NCBI GenBank assembly: GCA_047495785.1
Contig: JBLDXI010000043.1
Coordinates: 620,001-684,000, forward strand
Direction: 5' to 3'
From: Lepidodermella squamata
Taxonomy: Eukaryota; Animalia; Gastrotricha
Length of the DNA: 64,000 nucleotides
Shown in pieces: positions 1-13,100 of this stretch. The translations under genes were made by a program, and so were the position numbers. The notes beneath the pieces are model-generated. The model was not told the origin of the DNA, searched no databases, and worked only from the letters and a program-made list of their open reading frames with translations. Position 1 is the stretch's first letter. Every line of letters begins with the position of its first letter.

Positions 1-350
1 CTTTATCCGTTTGGTAGATCTCATCCCACTGCTTAACTTGAGAGCTGTGTACCAGCCATCATTGTTCTTGAGAACTTTACTGCAGAGTTGCTTTAGCCTG
101 TCACCGACTTATTCAGCACTGGGATAATTTATGCAAAAGCCATTTTAAGCCCCAGATTTTCTTTCTTTAAAGATTCTTTGCGGATTGAAGTATTTTTCTC
201 AATTTTATCTGCCTCTGATTCTGTCTTGTGAGGAATAGTGTTCCTATATTCCTCACAAGGATTCAGTGGGTTTCATCTTTCATCAAACACCAAATTAACA
301 AAATCCACAAATACTATATCATAATCAATCAATAACCAGTTCACATACTA

Positions 351-1798
351 CCCGCACAGAAAAAACTGGGTGGAAAGACGACATTTTTACATGTCAGAAT
401 GTTACATGGAAACTCTGTTCATCTGGCTCCAGGGAACAAGCTGTAAATCTATTACATGGAACAATTGCGCGTTTACATGGAACATTACTAATACTGGTTC
501 CACCCTTATTCCACCCTCATTCCACCCTAGTTACACCTACTACCACGGCCCTTTTCTAGTTTCTGTTTCCACCCGATTTCATGAAAAACGAGAAGTCCGT
601 TAGAAGTTTTGTTTATTAAGCACATGCCTGATAAACACAAGTCGAAGACAGCTATAATCTGGAAGTCCAGGATAACAATTTAGACTTGAGCGCCAACATA
701 AGCAACAGTCACACACCAGCACTTTGCAAATGGTCAATTCAAGAGCGCAAAAAGACGTTAAGAATTTTCGAAGAATATCCTGGTAAATGTTTACAAGATA
801 GACTGACAATACGATAGAGAGAATAAGAAAATCGTAAGAAAACGCCATTTAACAGATTGACGAACAGATTCACAACATCCAGTTATCGTCGGCTTCGTCC
901 CCTTGTTTTCTGCCTCTCCAGTCGCAATTTACCTCGAAAGCTCGCATCATCAGCTGCCTGCTTCTTGATCTCCCGAATTTCCGTAGTTGATAATTCAGGC
1001 TCGTCTGTTTGCGTAATTTTCGCATAGGTAGCTCTGTCACCTTTCGACACCATATGAAAGATCGGTCGGTCATCTGAAACGAGCCGGAAAGTTTTCTGTA
1101 CAAACATTCTCCGAGAAAAGTCACTTACCTTTGATGCCGTAACACCTTGAAATTTATGACAGATCTTCCCATTAGGAGTTAAACTGCTACCTAGGTCTTG
1201 CACAAATTAAACATGAATTCTAAAAAGAAAATTTATTGAAAATTACAATAGGAGAACACAAAAAATAATCATTTGAGACAAGTTAGATCAGATAGCAAAC
1301 AAGTTGTGAAAAAATCGTAGTGAATTGCGCCACGTGCAACTTATTTTGCCAAGTTCAAATTTTTGAATCTAACGGACCTCGGCGTGGTGTGACTTGCAAA
1401 CGGGCACGTTAATGCTCAGGCTTCAACAGGAGAACGCATGCTAAATTTGGTGGAATGCGAGGATGTAAAGACGACATTGTTCCATATTATTCCAAATTGT
1501 TTCACGTAAGCAAGACTTCGTGTATTCGCATGTAAAAACTGCGTAGTTACATGTAATTTTTTGGGTGTAATCTTTACAAAATTCCAGCTGGTTTTAATTT
1601 AACCTTTTTACATGTAAAGTCCTCACTTTACATCGTCGAATTTTTGCTCAATTCCATGTAACCTCTTGGAAGCGCGACATTATTCCAGGTAAAAACAACC
1701 GCCATCTACTTACATCCGCCATTACATGTCAAAATTGCGTCCTTACATGTAAAAATGTCGGATTTACAGCTAATGCCACCCAGTTTTTTCTGTGCGGG
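351..1798. mobile_element. Non-autonomous TIR DNA transposon, CACTA/EnSpm-like, in the upstream intron of GPCR-1
   Basis: Perfect 23-bp TIR cccgcacagaaaaaactgggtgg (351-373) / ccacccagttttttctgtgcggg (1776-1798), TA on both flanks, second inverted match cgacatttttacatgt (379-394 / 1745-1760), many subterminal TTACATG repeats at both ends; no transposase recognisable. Superfamily is inferred. Confidence 0.85.
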
Positions 1799-1948
1799 TA
1801 CAATTTGGATGCATTTTGTAACGCTGATGAACTTGGATCTCATTCGAGCATCTTTCTCGAGAAAAATTGCTTATAGCTAAAGTTAAGTTGGTCCTTGTAA
1901 CCTATGATTTTATCTTGATTCATGAGGATTTTTCTGATGTTTTTACAG

Positions 1949-3814
1949 CTCAGTTCAGATGGCGGAAGCGTACGAACATGCAGCGTACAATGCTGATATT
2001 CCCGTGGTTCCTTTCGGCGATGGTCTCATTCCCGGTCATGTTCGTGTGGCAAATCGAGGCGCCGGACGCCGAGGAGAAGCGGCGCAACGTCGAAGTGTGC
2101 GAACCCGTCATGGACAACGTGTACATCATGCTGTCGGCCATGGTCTCGTTTTTCCTACCTCTCGCCACTACGATATCTTTCTACGTGCAAGTCGCCATGG
2201 CGATGCACCGGCGGCTCGAGAAGCTCAAGGACGAGCTGGGCGGCGCGTTGAGCTCGGCCGCCGACCACCTCATCGCGAACCAGATGCGAGGCGGCGTGAC
2301 GTCACACGTGCGCAAGGCCGCGACCGCGCTGGAGCAGCGGGCGACGTACCGCGCGCAGACGCAGGCGCACATCCGGCAGTTGCGGCAGCACCGCGCCCTG
2401 CTCAAGTCCATGGCCATCGTCGTGCTGTTCTACTGCGTGTGCTGGGCGCCGCTCTACACCACGCTGTTCGTGCAGGCCGTCTGCTCGTGCCCGCAGGCCG
2501 CCTGGGACTTTTGGCTGTCGCTATTCACGTGGCTCGGCTACGCCAACTCCGCCGTCAACCCAATCATTGTAAGTCCTCTCGGTTTTTTCGTAGTACATTC
2601 CTTTCATCTATTGATGCGCAGCCGCTCACAGTGAATGAACGACCAATGAAAGAACGCTAATTGCTTCTATTTATTAGCATTCAGATAGCTGTTAGATACG
2701 ACGTTTTTTACCGAAATAAGGTGTAAGCCGCTTGAAGACTGGCCTAAAAATCTTAAAAAGGCATATCCCTTCGCGCAGCAATGCAGGAAATGCGGAGGAA
2801 ATACATATAAATTCTTATGTATAAAATGGATAATAGATATCCTGGAAAGGAAGCTTGAGCGAAGAGGAAATGCCGGAATTAGTGAATCCTCAATCAAATC
2901 CGAACTAATTTCTCAAGATGAGCATCAGTTTTGCAATATCAAGGCTATTCGAGTGTAGTTCGTAGGTGCTGCTTCCATGACCAGTCCACAGAGCGGCTGT
3001 TCTGCTGAGCTCACAATGAGTATCGATTTCACAAATCAGTAATCAGTGATTTTTTCCGGGCGCAGTGCGCAGTAGCAATCCGGAGAAATTGCACATACAT
3101 ACTTGAGCCAGTGAGAAAAAAGTCGGAACCTCGAAAAATCTGTGAGTTATGGTGTTAAATTCAGAAGCAATAGGAAAATGTTAATAGTTTCCTCAGACCG
3201 AAATAGCACAGCTTTGGATGTTCAAACCTAAATTATTCTCAAATTCCGTTGACTAATCAGTTTTATTTTGTATTTTTGCGCAGTATTTTTGTACACTGTA
3301 CGAATTCCGGCTGTTATCGGCGACGCTCGTCAAGCTGCTGGCCAAGTACGCGACGGATTTGCCGATAATCGGCTTCAACAAACTGCGGTACATGCGCTAC
3401 GCAACGTGCGCTGGTGCTCGCGCCACTTCGACGCAGAACAACGTCGGCTCGTGTCGATCGAGCATCGGCGGCCTCAGTTCGACGGTTGGCGACCCGCCGT
3501 GGCGCGCGCCGGGTCAAGGCCCGGGTCGTGTTGTAGCGAACCCGCTCTCCCCGTCACGGCTCAACAGGTGCGTGTCAATGCCGAGTCCTCAAATGCCGGC
3601 AACGTTCATCGACTACGTCATTGGCCCGCCGCCAATCGCGTGCCAACGATCGTCGACTACGAACAACACGGAGCTGGCGATAACAATGACTGTGATGTGT
3701 TCACGGTCTGCGGACTCGCTGGCTCATGCGCACCACGCCGGCAGCAATTTGTTCCGCTACTACGACGAGTTCGGGCGGCCAGTCAATGCGAGCTCGCGCG
3801 AGGCCACCTTCTGA
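1949..3814 (+). CDS. Class A (rhodopsin-like) GPCR-1, 5'-partial (TM4-TM7 plus C-tail)
   Basis: Exons 1949-2568 and 3284-3814; motifs W(4.50)..SFP, ECL2 Cys (VCEP), SFFLP, CWAP, GYANSAVNPII|Y. TM1-3 exon lies outside the window. Clear paralogue of GPCR-2. Confidence 0.85.
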
Positions 3815-4546
3815 TGATTTTATCACGTGATCATTGTATTATTATCATTATTACCACAACTGAAACTGAAAGAATAAAATTGCAACAGAGATACAATTTA
3901 TGGCAAACAGAGTGTTGTTTTTGTTTCAACGGAGTGTGACAGCCGGCGAGTGAGTGCAAGGCAGCGTTTTTTCGCGGTTTGAAACCGATATTCTACTGCG
4001 TTTGTTACTAATAACGACGACGACGCCGGCAATGCGCGCCCGTGGGAAATCGCCAAATGCGTCAAAAACAGCGTCATTCGATTACGCGCGCGTAATTACG
4101 CCCCACTGTTGTAGTTATTATTAGCCGACATTATATCGGCATGTGCCACTCACTCGCTCACTCACTGGCCGCCGCGTCTTCCGAAAGCCTTTTTCAGGCT
4201 CGTCATCTTCATCGAAAGATCGCCCGCATTTTTTCCTGTACCTGGCTTCGCGTTTTTCCGAAAAACGGGCCAAAAAACTAATGACTGCTCCCACTAATTC
4301 AATTTTCCTCAAGTCATGAGCGATGGCGGGATTATGTACACGCAGTGCCATTTGTCAGAAAAAACAACGATTTGATGTCTTAAGCCTACCAACGGGAATC
4401 ACATTCGGATTTCTAGCTACTGCCCCAATTTTTTCGACTACGGTTATAAATGCAATTTTTCATTTCCTGTAACAGAATGGCATATGAATTTCAGAAGACC
4501 CTAATTTTGTTGCTCGAATTGTAGGATCGTTTTGTTGATTATTGTA

Positions 4547-7467
4547 ATGATCATTTATTGCGCGCCCGTCATTTCCTACCTCGCCTTTTTTATGCATTCC
4601 GTTGGTTATGTAAAATCAGCATCTCTCAATGCCGACAACCCATCGATTGGTCCATTTTCCGAACTCGCGGAGACATGGCCAGGGGCTGCTAGCAACGAAA
4701 CGGGGACCAATTCAACATCGACTACAACACCGTCAGTGACTCGTAAGTCGACGAAATCCGCGTCGAGACGAACTCGTCGCACTACCTCGACTACCACTGA
4801 ATCAATCGACGCAGATCTCGATGAGGACGACGAGCCGTTGGGCAAACCGACGACTACCATACCGCCTACGACGTCACGCTGGTTGATCGGGGTAATCGGC
4901 GACAGTCAGGCGTTTTTACAAGCGCTAAAAACATCGCCGAAACCGGTGTACGACATCTCGCTAACTCCGTCGCCAGACTATCACACAGTTGCAGCATCGC
5001 TACAGCTGCAGCACGCCGCAATTTCGACAATTCTTATCGGCCTCGTCGCCTACATCGCCATAGTCAACTTTGTAGCGGTAGTCACCCTGCTATACGGGGT
5101 CCTGTCGCCGTCAGCCTCTTTGACAGTGCGAATGGTGTGTTTAAGAAAAAAGCCTGTCAGAGTCGCGTTTCAACCGCCCAGTGCCGCGACAGCGCCCGTA
5201 GCAGCCGGAGTCAATATTGCAGCCGAGCCTAGCCCAGCCCGTTCCGCCAGTACAGCGACTTCATCCGGCGCAGCTTCGTCCGGCCGCCGCACTGCCGTAG
5301 TCACTGGGGTTGACATCCCGGAAGAAGCTCTCACCTTTGACTCATCGGCCTTTCCTTACCTTCTATCGTTGGCTTTCTCTGACCTTTTGATCGGCTGCTT
5401 CATAGCGCCGTTGCAGCTGGACATCTATCTGAACAACGTGTGGCGCTTCTCCACTGACCTGTGCGATTTCTGGCTTGCTCTCGACATCTTCTTCTCGACC
5501 TCATCAACTCTACACACGGCAGCTATTGCAGTCGATCGATGGTGGACCATTACGCGATATCAATGTAAGCATTTAAGAGAGTTGACATTTCCTGAAACTT
5601 GGGAGCTTTTTCAGCTTTCGTCGAAACGCAGCAGACACCTCAGATCAGCCTCCAGAAGACTATGCTCATCTTCATTTGGATGCTGGCTGCCCTGGTCAGC
5701 TTCCCTGTGATTTACTTGTGGCAGATCGAGACTCCAGGGCAGGAGAGTCGGAAGCGCAATCCTGACGTAAGCCTTTTCCTTAGTTGGATTTCTCGGATAA
5801 CTTTGCCTGATATCGTTGTTTTAGCAATGTGAACCGGTTGCTGATGACACTGTGAGTTCTTTGACTTCTCCAATTTTTCCGTAACATTCAAATCTTCGAC
5901 GCAGTACATTCTGTTATCAACACTTGTGTCTTTCTGCCTGCCGCTCACCCTTACAATCGTGTTCTACGTGCAAACGGCCCTGCGAATCAAAAAGCAATAT
6001 TCTGTCGCTAAAATGTGCGTCCGTCAGATGGCGGGTCCGCTCAGCGAAGCCCTCCGCTCGTTCGCCGACACTGGCGACGATGGGGATAGCGAATTCGAGA
6101 GGAAGACTCGCATGATGATTCGCCGCCGGGCCGAAGCATTGCGCCTGGTGGAGAAGCACATGCAGATGCTGAATCATCACCGAGCGATGCTCAGGGCGAT
6201 GACTATGATTGTCATTGTCTACTGCCTGTGTTGGACGCCGCTGTACACGACGCTGTTCGTGAAGGCCATCTGCGACTGCATCATCAGCAACAAGGCTCAG
6301 CACACTTGGGGCCAACTTGTCACCATGTTCTCATGGCTGGGCTACGCAAATAGCGGGTAAGTCATAGATTCCAAGTACGCACTGACTTGTAAGTAACTCT
6401 TTTACCTCAGTATCAATCCCTTGATCTACTTTGCGGCTCTGGAAGAGTTCCGCACCCTCGCCCTCGCGCTCCTGTGGATCATCGTCGACCAAATAGCAAA
6501 ATTCTTCTCCTGTTGTTTCGATTGCTTCAGAAATTACATCGTAGCGGTGTGTTGCTGCTGTTGCCGGCCAGCTGTCGATTGGTAATCTATTATCTCATCT
6601 GATCATCTGAGACCTTATTCTTGCCTTATTTTCAGGGTCGCCAGGCGACGATCTTCGACAGTGAACAGCCAGAAGAGTGCGAGTGAGACGGCGAGCGCGA
6701 TGCTGGACAATATTTCAGCTCTTATGGCTCAGAGCGACTTAGTTCACCGAAATCAACCGATTCGTTTGCGGAAATCTGTTAGCAGCACCAACAACTTGGC
6801 GAAAGAAATCGAGCCAGTTGTTGCTAACAATTTGCCGCCGCCAGACTACACGATACCGAGGGTTGCGAGTAAACAACCAGTAGCCTTGCAGGACGAAGAA
6901 GCGGACGAGACTGAAACAAGGTCGACTGGGCCAGATAGCATTGGCCCTGGTAGCCAGAATGCCATGAATTCAAATGTTCAGCCGCCTTACTACTACGAGA
7001 ATGCGCCAACGTCAATGCCGTCATCTCTCGGCCCAATTCTCAGCCGGCCCCCTCATTGGGGCTTCGTGCATCCGTGGACGGTTTCAAGGTCACATCACGA
7101 GAATTTGAACAGATTCGCATCGCGATCGGGCGACTATGAAGACAGCAGTTTCCAGCGAGTCCCATTCAACGAGCCGCCGTTGAGGGCGATGCCCGTGCCG
7201 CTGCCTGCGCCGTCGTACCAGCAGTACATGAACGCGTACCAGAGACAGGATTCACTGTGGCGGAAAGTGCAGCGGCATCACCTGGTTGCCGGGGCGCTGA
7301 ACCAGAACTACGTGTCTAACCCGAATCTCGTGTCTGTTGGCACGAATACCGATGACTTGAGGGCGACGCTGGTGCGGGCGCCGATGACACCACGGTCATA
7401 CCATGGTGGTATGGCGGACAGTTGGGGCAGGCCGGTCAATTCACGCTCTCACGAAGCCGATGTATGA
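4547..7467 (+). CDS. Class A GPCR-2, aminergic-receptor-like (Asp3.32)
   Basis: Exons 4547-5564, 5615-5766, 5825-5851, 5905-6356, 6411-6581, 6636-7467 join in frame via GT-AG introns of 50-58 nt; motifs LAFSD, CDFWLALDIFFST, DRW, CWTP, NPLIY; hydrophobic leader and Ser/Thr-rich N-terminus. Start codon uncertain. Confidence 0.88.
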
Positions 7468-7572
7468 GACGAGGATTCCAGTCTTTTGATGAGAGAAAAA
7501 AGCCGTGATTCATAAATAGATAATTTATTTATAATCGTAAAAATGCAATAAAAAAATAGAAAATCGTAGTCT

Positions 7573-10103
7573 TCACAGTTTGTTGTGGGCTAGGGCGACG
7601 TGTTTCGCGCATTTCGTGGCGGTGGTGAAGGCGCGTGAGCACACGCCGCAGACGAAAGGAGCCGACGACGCTGCTGAAGGTGCGACAGCATCGTACGGTT
7701 TCATGTCGCCAGCGTGGCTGCGGCGCATGTGCTCGAGGAGGACGGCTCGCAGGCGGAACCGGCTTTGCTTGTTGCTGCGGCGGAACCCGGGCGGCGGGCA
7801 GAACGGGCAGCAGTACATGGGCGGAGTGGCTGAGGCCTTGGGACGGTTCTTCCTCATCAGCAACTCATCGGCAACTCTTGCTCGCCTTTTCTCGTCGGCG
7901 TAGTACCTGTTTCCGAGGTCTGCTTGCAGCGTACTGTCGCCTTCATCAAAGTACGACGAATCAGCAGCAGCAGCAGCTGTAGAATCGAGCGTCGAATCGC
8001 CGTCGACGTAGCTGCTGCTGCTATCTTCGAGCAGTGATTGCGTCGTCGAATCGCCATGACGGTGGTTTCTTATTCTCTGTCGTTGTCTGTCGATGGCCGT
8101 TTTCTGCTTGCGGTCTCGCTCATTTGTTTCCTCGTTGTAACCTTGATGCTGTGATTGTTCGTCTTCGCCTTCGCCTTGGTCGTGGGCTCGTTTGCGCCGT
8201 TGCCTGAGCACGTGCAGCATCTGGTCGCGGCTGACGAGCGACGTGACGCCGGCTTGCAGCGCGTGCAACTGCTGCGCCACGTGCGTGCCTACGCGGTTCA
8301 CCTGATCAGACAGCTCCTGTAAACCAGTCAAACAAGCATGAAAAACGGCAGTGTTACACGGTTAGAGAAAAGCCAGAATTGGTGCCATGAACATGGTGCC
8401 ATGAGGAAATATTCGAAAAATCATTGCAATTTTGTTTGTTGCCTTCATAACATTTATAAACTTATAACTTTATAGTTATAACTGGCTTAGAACTTATAGT
8501 TATAGTTTATTAACTTATAAACTTATAAACTTTATAAAAAATTTATAAACTTGAACTTCGAACTCATGAAGAAATTAAATTATTACTGGATGTGTTCAAT
8601 AAGGCATGTGCGGAACTAGGTTTGAAAATCAGCATTAGTAAAACCCAATACATGGTGATCGGGGATGATAGAAACTATCAACTTGAACTAGACGGCAAAC
8701 TATTGGAAAAAGTCACATCTTTCAAATATTTAGGAAGCATCATTACTTCCGATGGGAAAATGGACGAGGAGGTCAAGGCACGCATAGCGAAAGCTGGCGG
8801 CTGCTTTGGTGCCCTCAATAAACTCAAGTGCAATAGGAAACACGTGAGCTTAGCTACGCAATTGAAAGTCCTTAAATGTGTTGTAATTCCTACCTCCTAC
8901 CGTCACCTATGCCTGCGAAACCTGGAACTTGACCACCCAACAAGAGCAAAGGCTAAATGTAATTTTTATGCGCTGGCTTAGAACAATTATGGGTCTGTTT
9001 AGAACGGACTATATTCCTAATGTAGATATTAGACTGATATGCGACGTAATGGAATTGAGTAAATTGATTGAAAAATTTCGTCTGAAATATTTTGGCCATA
9101 TAATTCGGCAGGATGAATAAGACCCTGAAAGTCTCACTATTATTATGTACTACTGGAAAGCGGTCGACCCGAGTTGGTACCTGCCTCGCGGCAGGCCACC
9201 AACCCGATGGTCTGACAGCCTCCGAAGAAGCCTACTAAAAATTGGAATTTTTTATATACATGAAAAACCTAATGAACCCAAAAAACGAGGGCGACCCCGT
9301 AAATCAACCTTATTGATGCGACGCACTGAAATTCACTAAATTCCCGATTTAGAATTGGCGGAAATAACAGCTAGAGACCGGGAAGAATGGCAGCTACTAT
9401 GTAACAGTATAGAAAATTATGAATTCATGGGAAAAAGCAGATTGTTCGCGACTGTTCCTGAAGCTGGTCTCTCGTCTTCAGCCGTCCCCTAAACCCTCAC
9501 GGGTAAGGCTTGTACATATTGCCACCACATTTTTTACAGCCGAGGAGGACGAAAAATAAAACATTTTCATTTGTTCATTTCATTTGTTCATTGCAATTTT
9601 TGAAATTTCTCCTTTCGTAACGAATTCAATTACCTAGTAAAAACTAGCCAATACTTGGTTAGAATCAAGAGCACAGCTTAAAGCGTTATGCCAAAGAAAT
9701 CAACACCAGTTTAGTAAAACAAGTAAAAACGAACCTGGAAAGCGGACTGCAGCTGGTAGCGAAACAGTTGCTCGTCGTGGAAAATGCGCTGCTGCTGCTG
9801 CTGCTGGTGCTGGGTTTCAAAGTCATCGCTGCGGCTGCCAAACGGCTGAAAATCATGCGGTGCGCCTTCGATGCCGCTCATATCATGCAACTGCTGCTGC
9901 TGCTGCTGCTGTTGATCATGGTCGTTGACATTTATCGTCGGCAGTTGGTGCTGTGAGTAGCAACTCAACGGCGGCGGTTGCATGAAGTCGAATCGCAGTT
10001 TCTTAGCCGCCGGCACGAACGACATGTTGCTTTGGCAGGAGAAGCCCGTGCTGTCATCGTCAGCAGCCATCAAGTTCTTGCGAGGCGTAGACGTGTTAAA
10101 CAT
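7573..10103 (-). CDS. C2H2 zinc-finger protein (Gln-rich N-terminus, coiled coil, two C-terminal fingers)
   Basis: Exons 10103-9735 and 8316-7573 join in phase 0 (SAFQ|ELSD); fingers CPFC...HMRRSH and CGVCSRAFTTATKCAKHVALAH. Confidence 0.72.
8446..8552. repeat. AT-rich degenerate tandem repeat (TTATAAC/TTATAG units) at the 5' edge of the LINE fragment
   Basis: Repeated ttataa(a)c / ttatag units are directly visible. Confidence 0.7.
8560..9492 (+). mobile_element. 5'-truncated, decayed RTE-clade non-LTR retrotransposon, antisense in the zinc-finger gene intron
   Basis: RT C-terminal and post-RT motifs GLKISISKTQYM, FKYLGSII, EVKARIAKA, YACETW, RLKYFGHIIR, PRGRPPTRWSD, ARDREEW spread over frameshifted or stopped ORFs (8592-8981, 8929-9120, 9145-9339). 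Confidence 0.9.
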
Positions 10104-10609
10104 TTTCACTAAAATCGCCACCTACCGAAATAAAACTTGCATTTTCGAAAATTGCATAAAAATAAGAAACCATATCGTCGGTGGAATCGTGAAAAGTGCC
10201 GTCTTTTAGGTATTTCCTGAATACTTCGCATACAGTTAAATTTTCCGGAATTTCGGCTGAATTTCTGTCAAAGAGACAAGCCTATTTGTATAACGAAACG
10301 CAGATGTTACAGGGCTACAGTAATTAGTCAACTACCAGCCTCATAAAATTCGAAGCAGTAGTACCTACTAGGTACATTGCTCTTATTCAATTGCAAAAGC
10401 TACTGTTATTCAGAGCGGAATTGAATGATATCAAATTTTGGCAAAATGCAATTTTATGCGAAATATTTAGCAAATACCAAAAGAGATAGGTAGCACTTGC
10501 CATTTGTTTCACCGACAACATAGACAACATTATGAAAGGCGAAAACAACTACAGCAGTTTGATGATGATGATGATGAAAATAGTAGAACAAGAAAAATAA
10601 CAATACAAG

Positions 10610-12283
10610 TTAGTAGTAGGCACTGCTGCCACTGGAGAAACCAGCGTGGAATGAGCGGCCGACGTGGGCGGAGCGGAAGTGGCGGTCTCGCTTGGCCGCA
10701 CTCGCCAGCACGGCGTCGCACAGGCCGCACGCCACGCCACCGTCGACAGTAGCAGTCGTAGCAGCAGCCGATGCTCCCACCGCCTTGAAATCAACGACGG
10801 CCGACTGCGACTTTCGAACACTGGTGTTGTTTCTGCCATCTGCAGGCATCTTCGCATCAGCAGCATTACTCCTAGGCGCACCACTTCCTGATGCTGCTGA
10901 GGATGATGACGCCGAGGATGAAGATATCGACTCATCGACAGCGATCAGCGAACTGCTCAAATCATGATGCGAGTCTTCTGCTTCTGCTTCTGCTTCATCT
11001 GCGACGAACGTGTAACAGCAACTAGCTGTAACTGATGACGGAGGCGGCGGAGGCGGTAAGCAACTGCTGCTGCTGTTGTTGTTGTTGTTGTTGTGCTTCA
11101 ACTCGTTTTCGCCAACAATCACGACGCACGTCTCACCGCAGACATCATCGTCATCATCGGCAGTTGCATCGGCAGATGATAACAACATCACGAGTTGTTC
11201 AGCAGGCGATGAACAAGGTGATGTCGATGAGATGCAGATGGGCGAGGAGCCGAAACACGCCGCCAACTTCGAGCCTTGTCGGTCGAGTTGGTCCTCAACT
11301 TCACCGGCGGTCAAGTTACGGCGATCATCGGCATCACATGATGAACCTATGGAAAGCAATACAAGGTCTTCATCATCTATTTTAGTTTGGCTACAACAAA
11401 ATCCTGAAATAAGGCGATTTTTTAATTCATTTTTTAATAAACAGGGCACTGTTATTTGCTGCGATTGGTTTGAATTTATTCAAATGGCTTTCAAATCGAA
11501 TTTCTTCTTCGCGTCAAAATGATAATAATTATTACCCAATCCCGACGCAGATTTTCTTAAATAAATGCGAGGAAATTGTCATTTTTCGAAAAAATCTGCT
11601 GGTGGCTGATGGCTGGTATATAGTCGAACAAATCGATATTAAAGCTATTATAATATGCCTGCTGGATCTTCGTCAAACTTTAGAGCAGGCGGGCGCCATA
11701 GACTATCCATATTTTGTATTCAATTCAAATTCAAATTTTTCGATATTCAAAAACACGAGCGCGATTGAAACTTGTGAATTAAATCAGCAACTTGTAGGAT
11801 CTATGCGCTCGAGTCCCTAGAATGCGTCCATTTTCCGACTAGATTCCTTGTTATTTGCTACAAAAAAATCCATTTTCATTTTGTGTTGCTTCGTGAAAGG
11901 GCAATTTAAATCTTCAAGGAGCTACAATTGCATCAACAAAAATTGAGAACCTGGATTGTGTTGTTCCTCCCGATCTACTTGTTCGTGTTGCAGCAGCGGC
12001 GGGCAGCTGCTGGCTGACGTTGCATTCATTGCATCATCAACATCATCATCATCTGCTCTTCTGCTGGTGTCTTGTTCTTCCTGCCTCTTGTTCTTGTTGT
12101 GTCTTGTTAAATCTTGGCACCACTGCTTCAGTAGTTGCATCAACTCTTCGCTGCAGTCATCGTCGATGCTGAGGCCTTTCGCGGCGGTGATTTGCGACAT
12201 GAGCGCTTTCAGGCGCTTGCCAGTCGTCGTCGTCGTCGTCGACGGCTCGGCAACCGGCAGCAGCAAAAAGTCAATTTCATCAT

Positions 12284-12316
<33 letters not shown>

Positions 12317-12557
12317 CATCCTGTCTTCTTCGTCGTCGTACTCTTCCTAGGTTTTTCTCCTGCACGGTATTCACCGCATGTCTACGCTGATGTGTTTTCG
12401 CTTTCGCAGTTCGCAGCATGCGTTCGAGCTGAGCGTTGCGGCGCTCGAGCACGGCGACGCGGGCGCGCAGCAGACGCGCGTCCGCCTGCAACCGCACCAC
12501 GGCCTCGTCGAAGGCACGCGACGACGACGACGACATGGGCTCATGCTCATCGTCCAT
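10610..12557 (-). CDS. Coiled-coil, low-complexity protein with a single C-terminal C2H2 finger
   Basis: Exons 12557-11951 and 11403-10610 join in phase 1 (NP-G|FCCSQ); N-terminal heptad helix; CGLCDAVLASAAKRDRHFRSAH. Confidence 0.68.
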
Positions 12558-13100
12558 CGCTCTTTCTTCTCAAAGTAGTCTTGTATCAATCAATCACTGC
12601 AAAATGCAACATCGTCATCATTATAACCGTTGTCTTTTTCTTTACTCGTCAACTGTTTTTTTTTGTATCATGATCATGATCGTATTTTTGTTATTATCAT
12701 TGGTAGAAATTGTCAAAAGATTTTAGAAAAATACTCACACCATAACAACTGCAATTACATAAATAAGAATACCAATAGACAGAGAGATAGAGACGGGTCA
12801 AAAACCACAAATAAATAACATATATTATATTTGTTAACAAAATAATGATAACGAGACTCAATCAAACACCGAGCGAGAATATTATTGTTAGATCTAGAAA
12901 ATGAGGGCGGCAATGAAAAATAACACATCATCATTTTAGTACTTGATCAGATGACGATTTTATGATAGCAGAAAACAGAACATCGACTACCACATACAGA
13001 CAGACTAGATGCATTTCAATCAACAAACACATTTGTTCTTCATTTGTTGGATAGAGTAGAAATCATGAGATATACATTGTAGATATTAAAAACAATGCGA

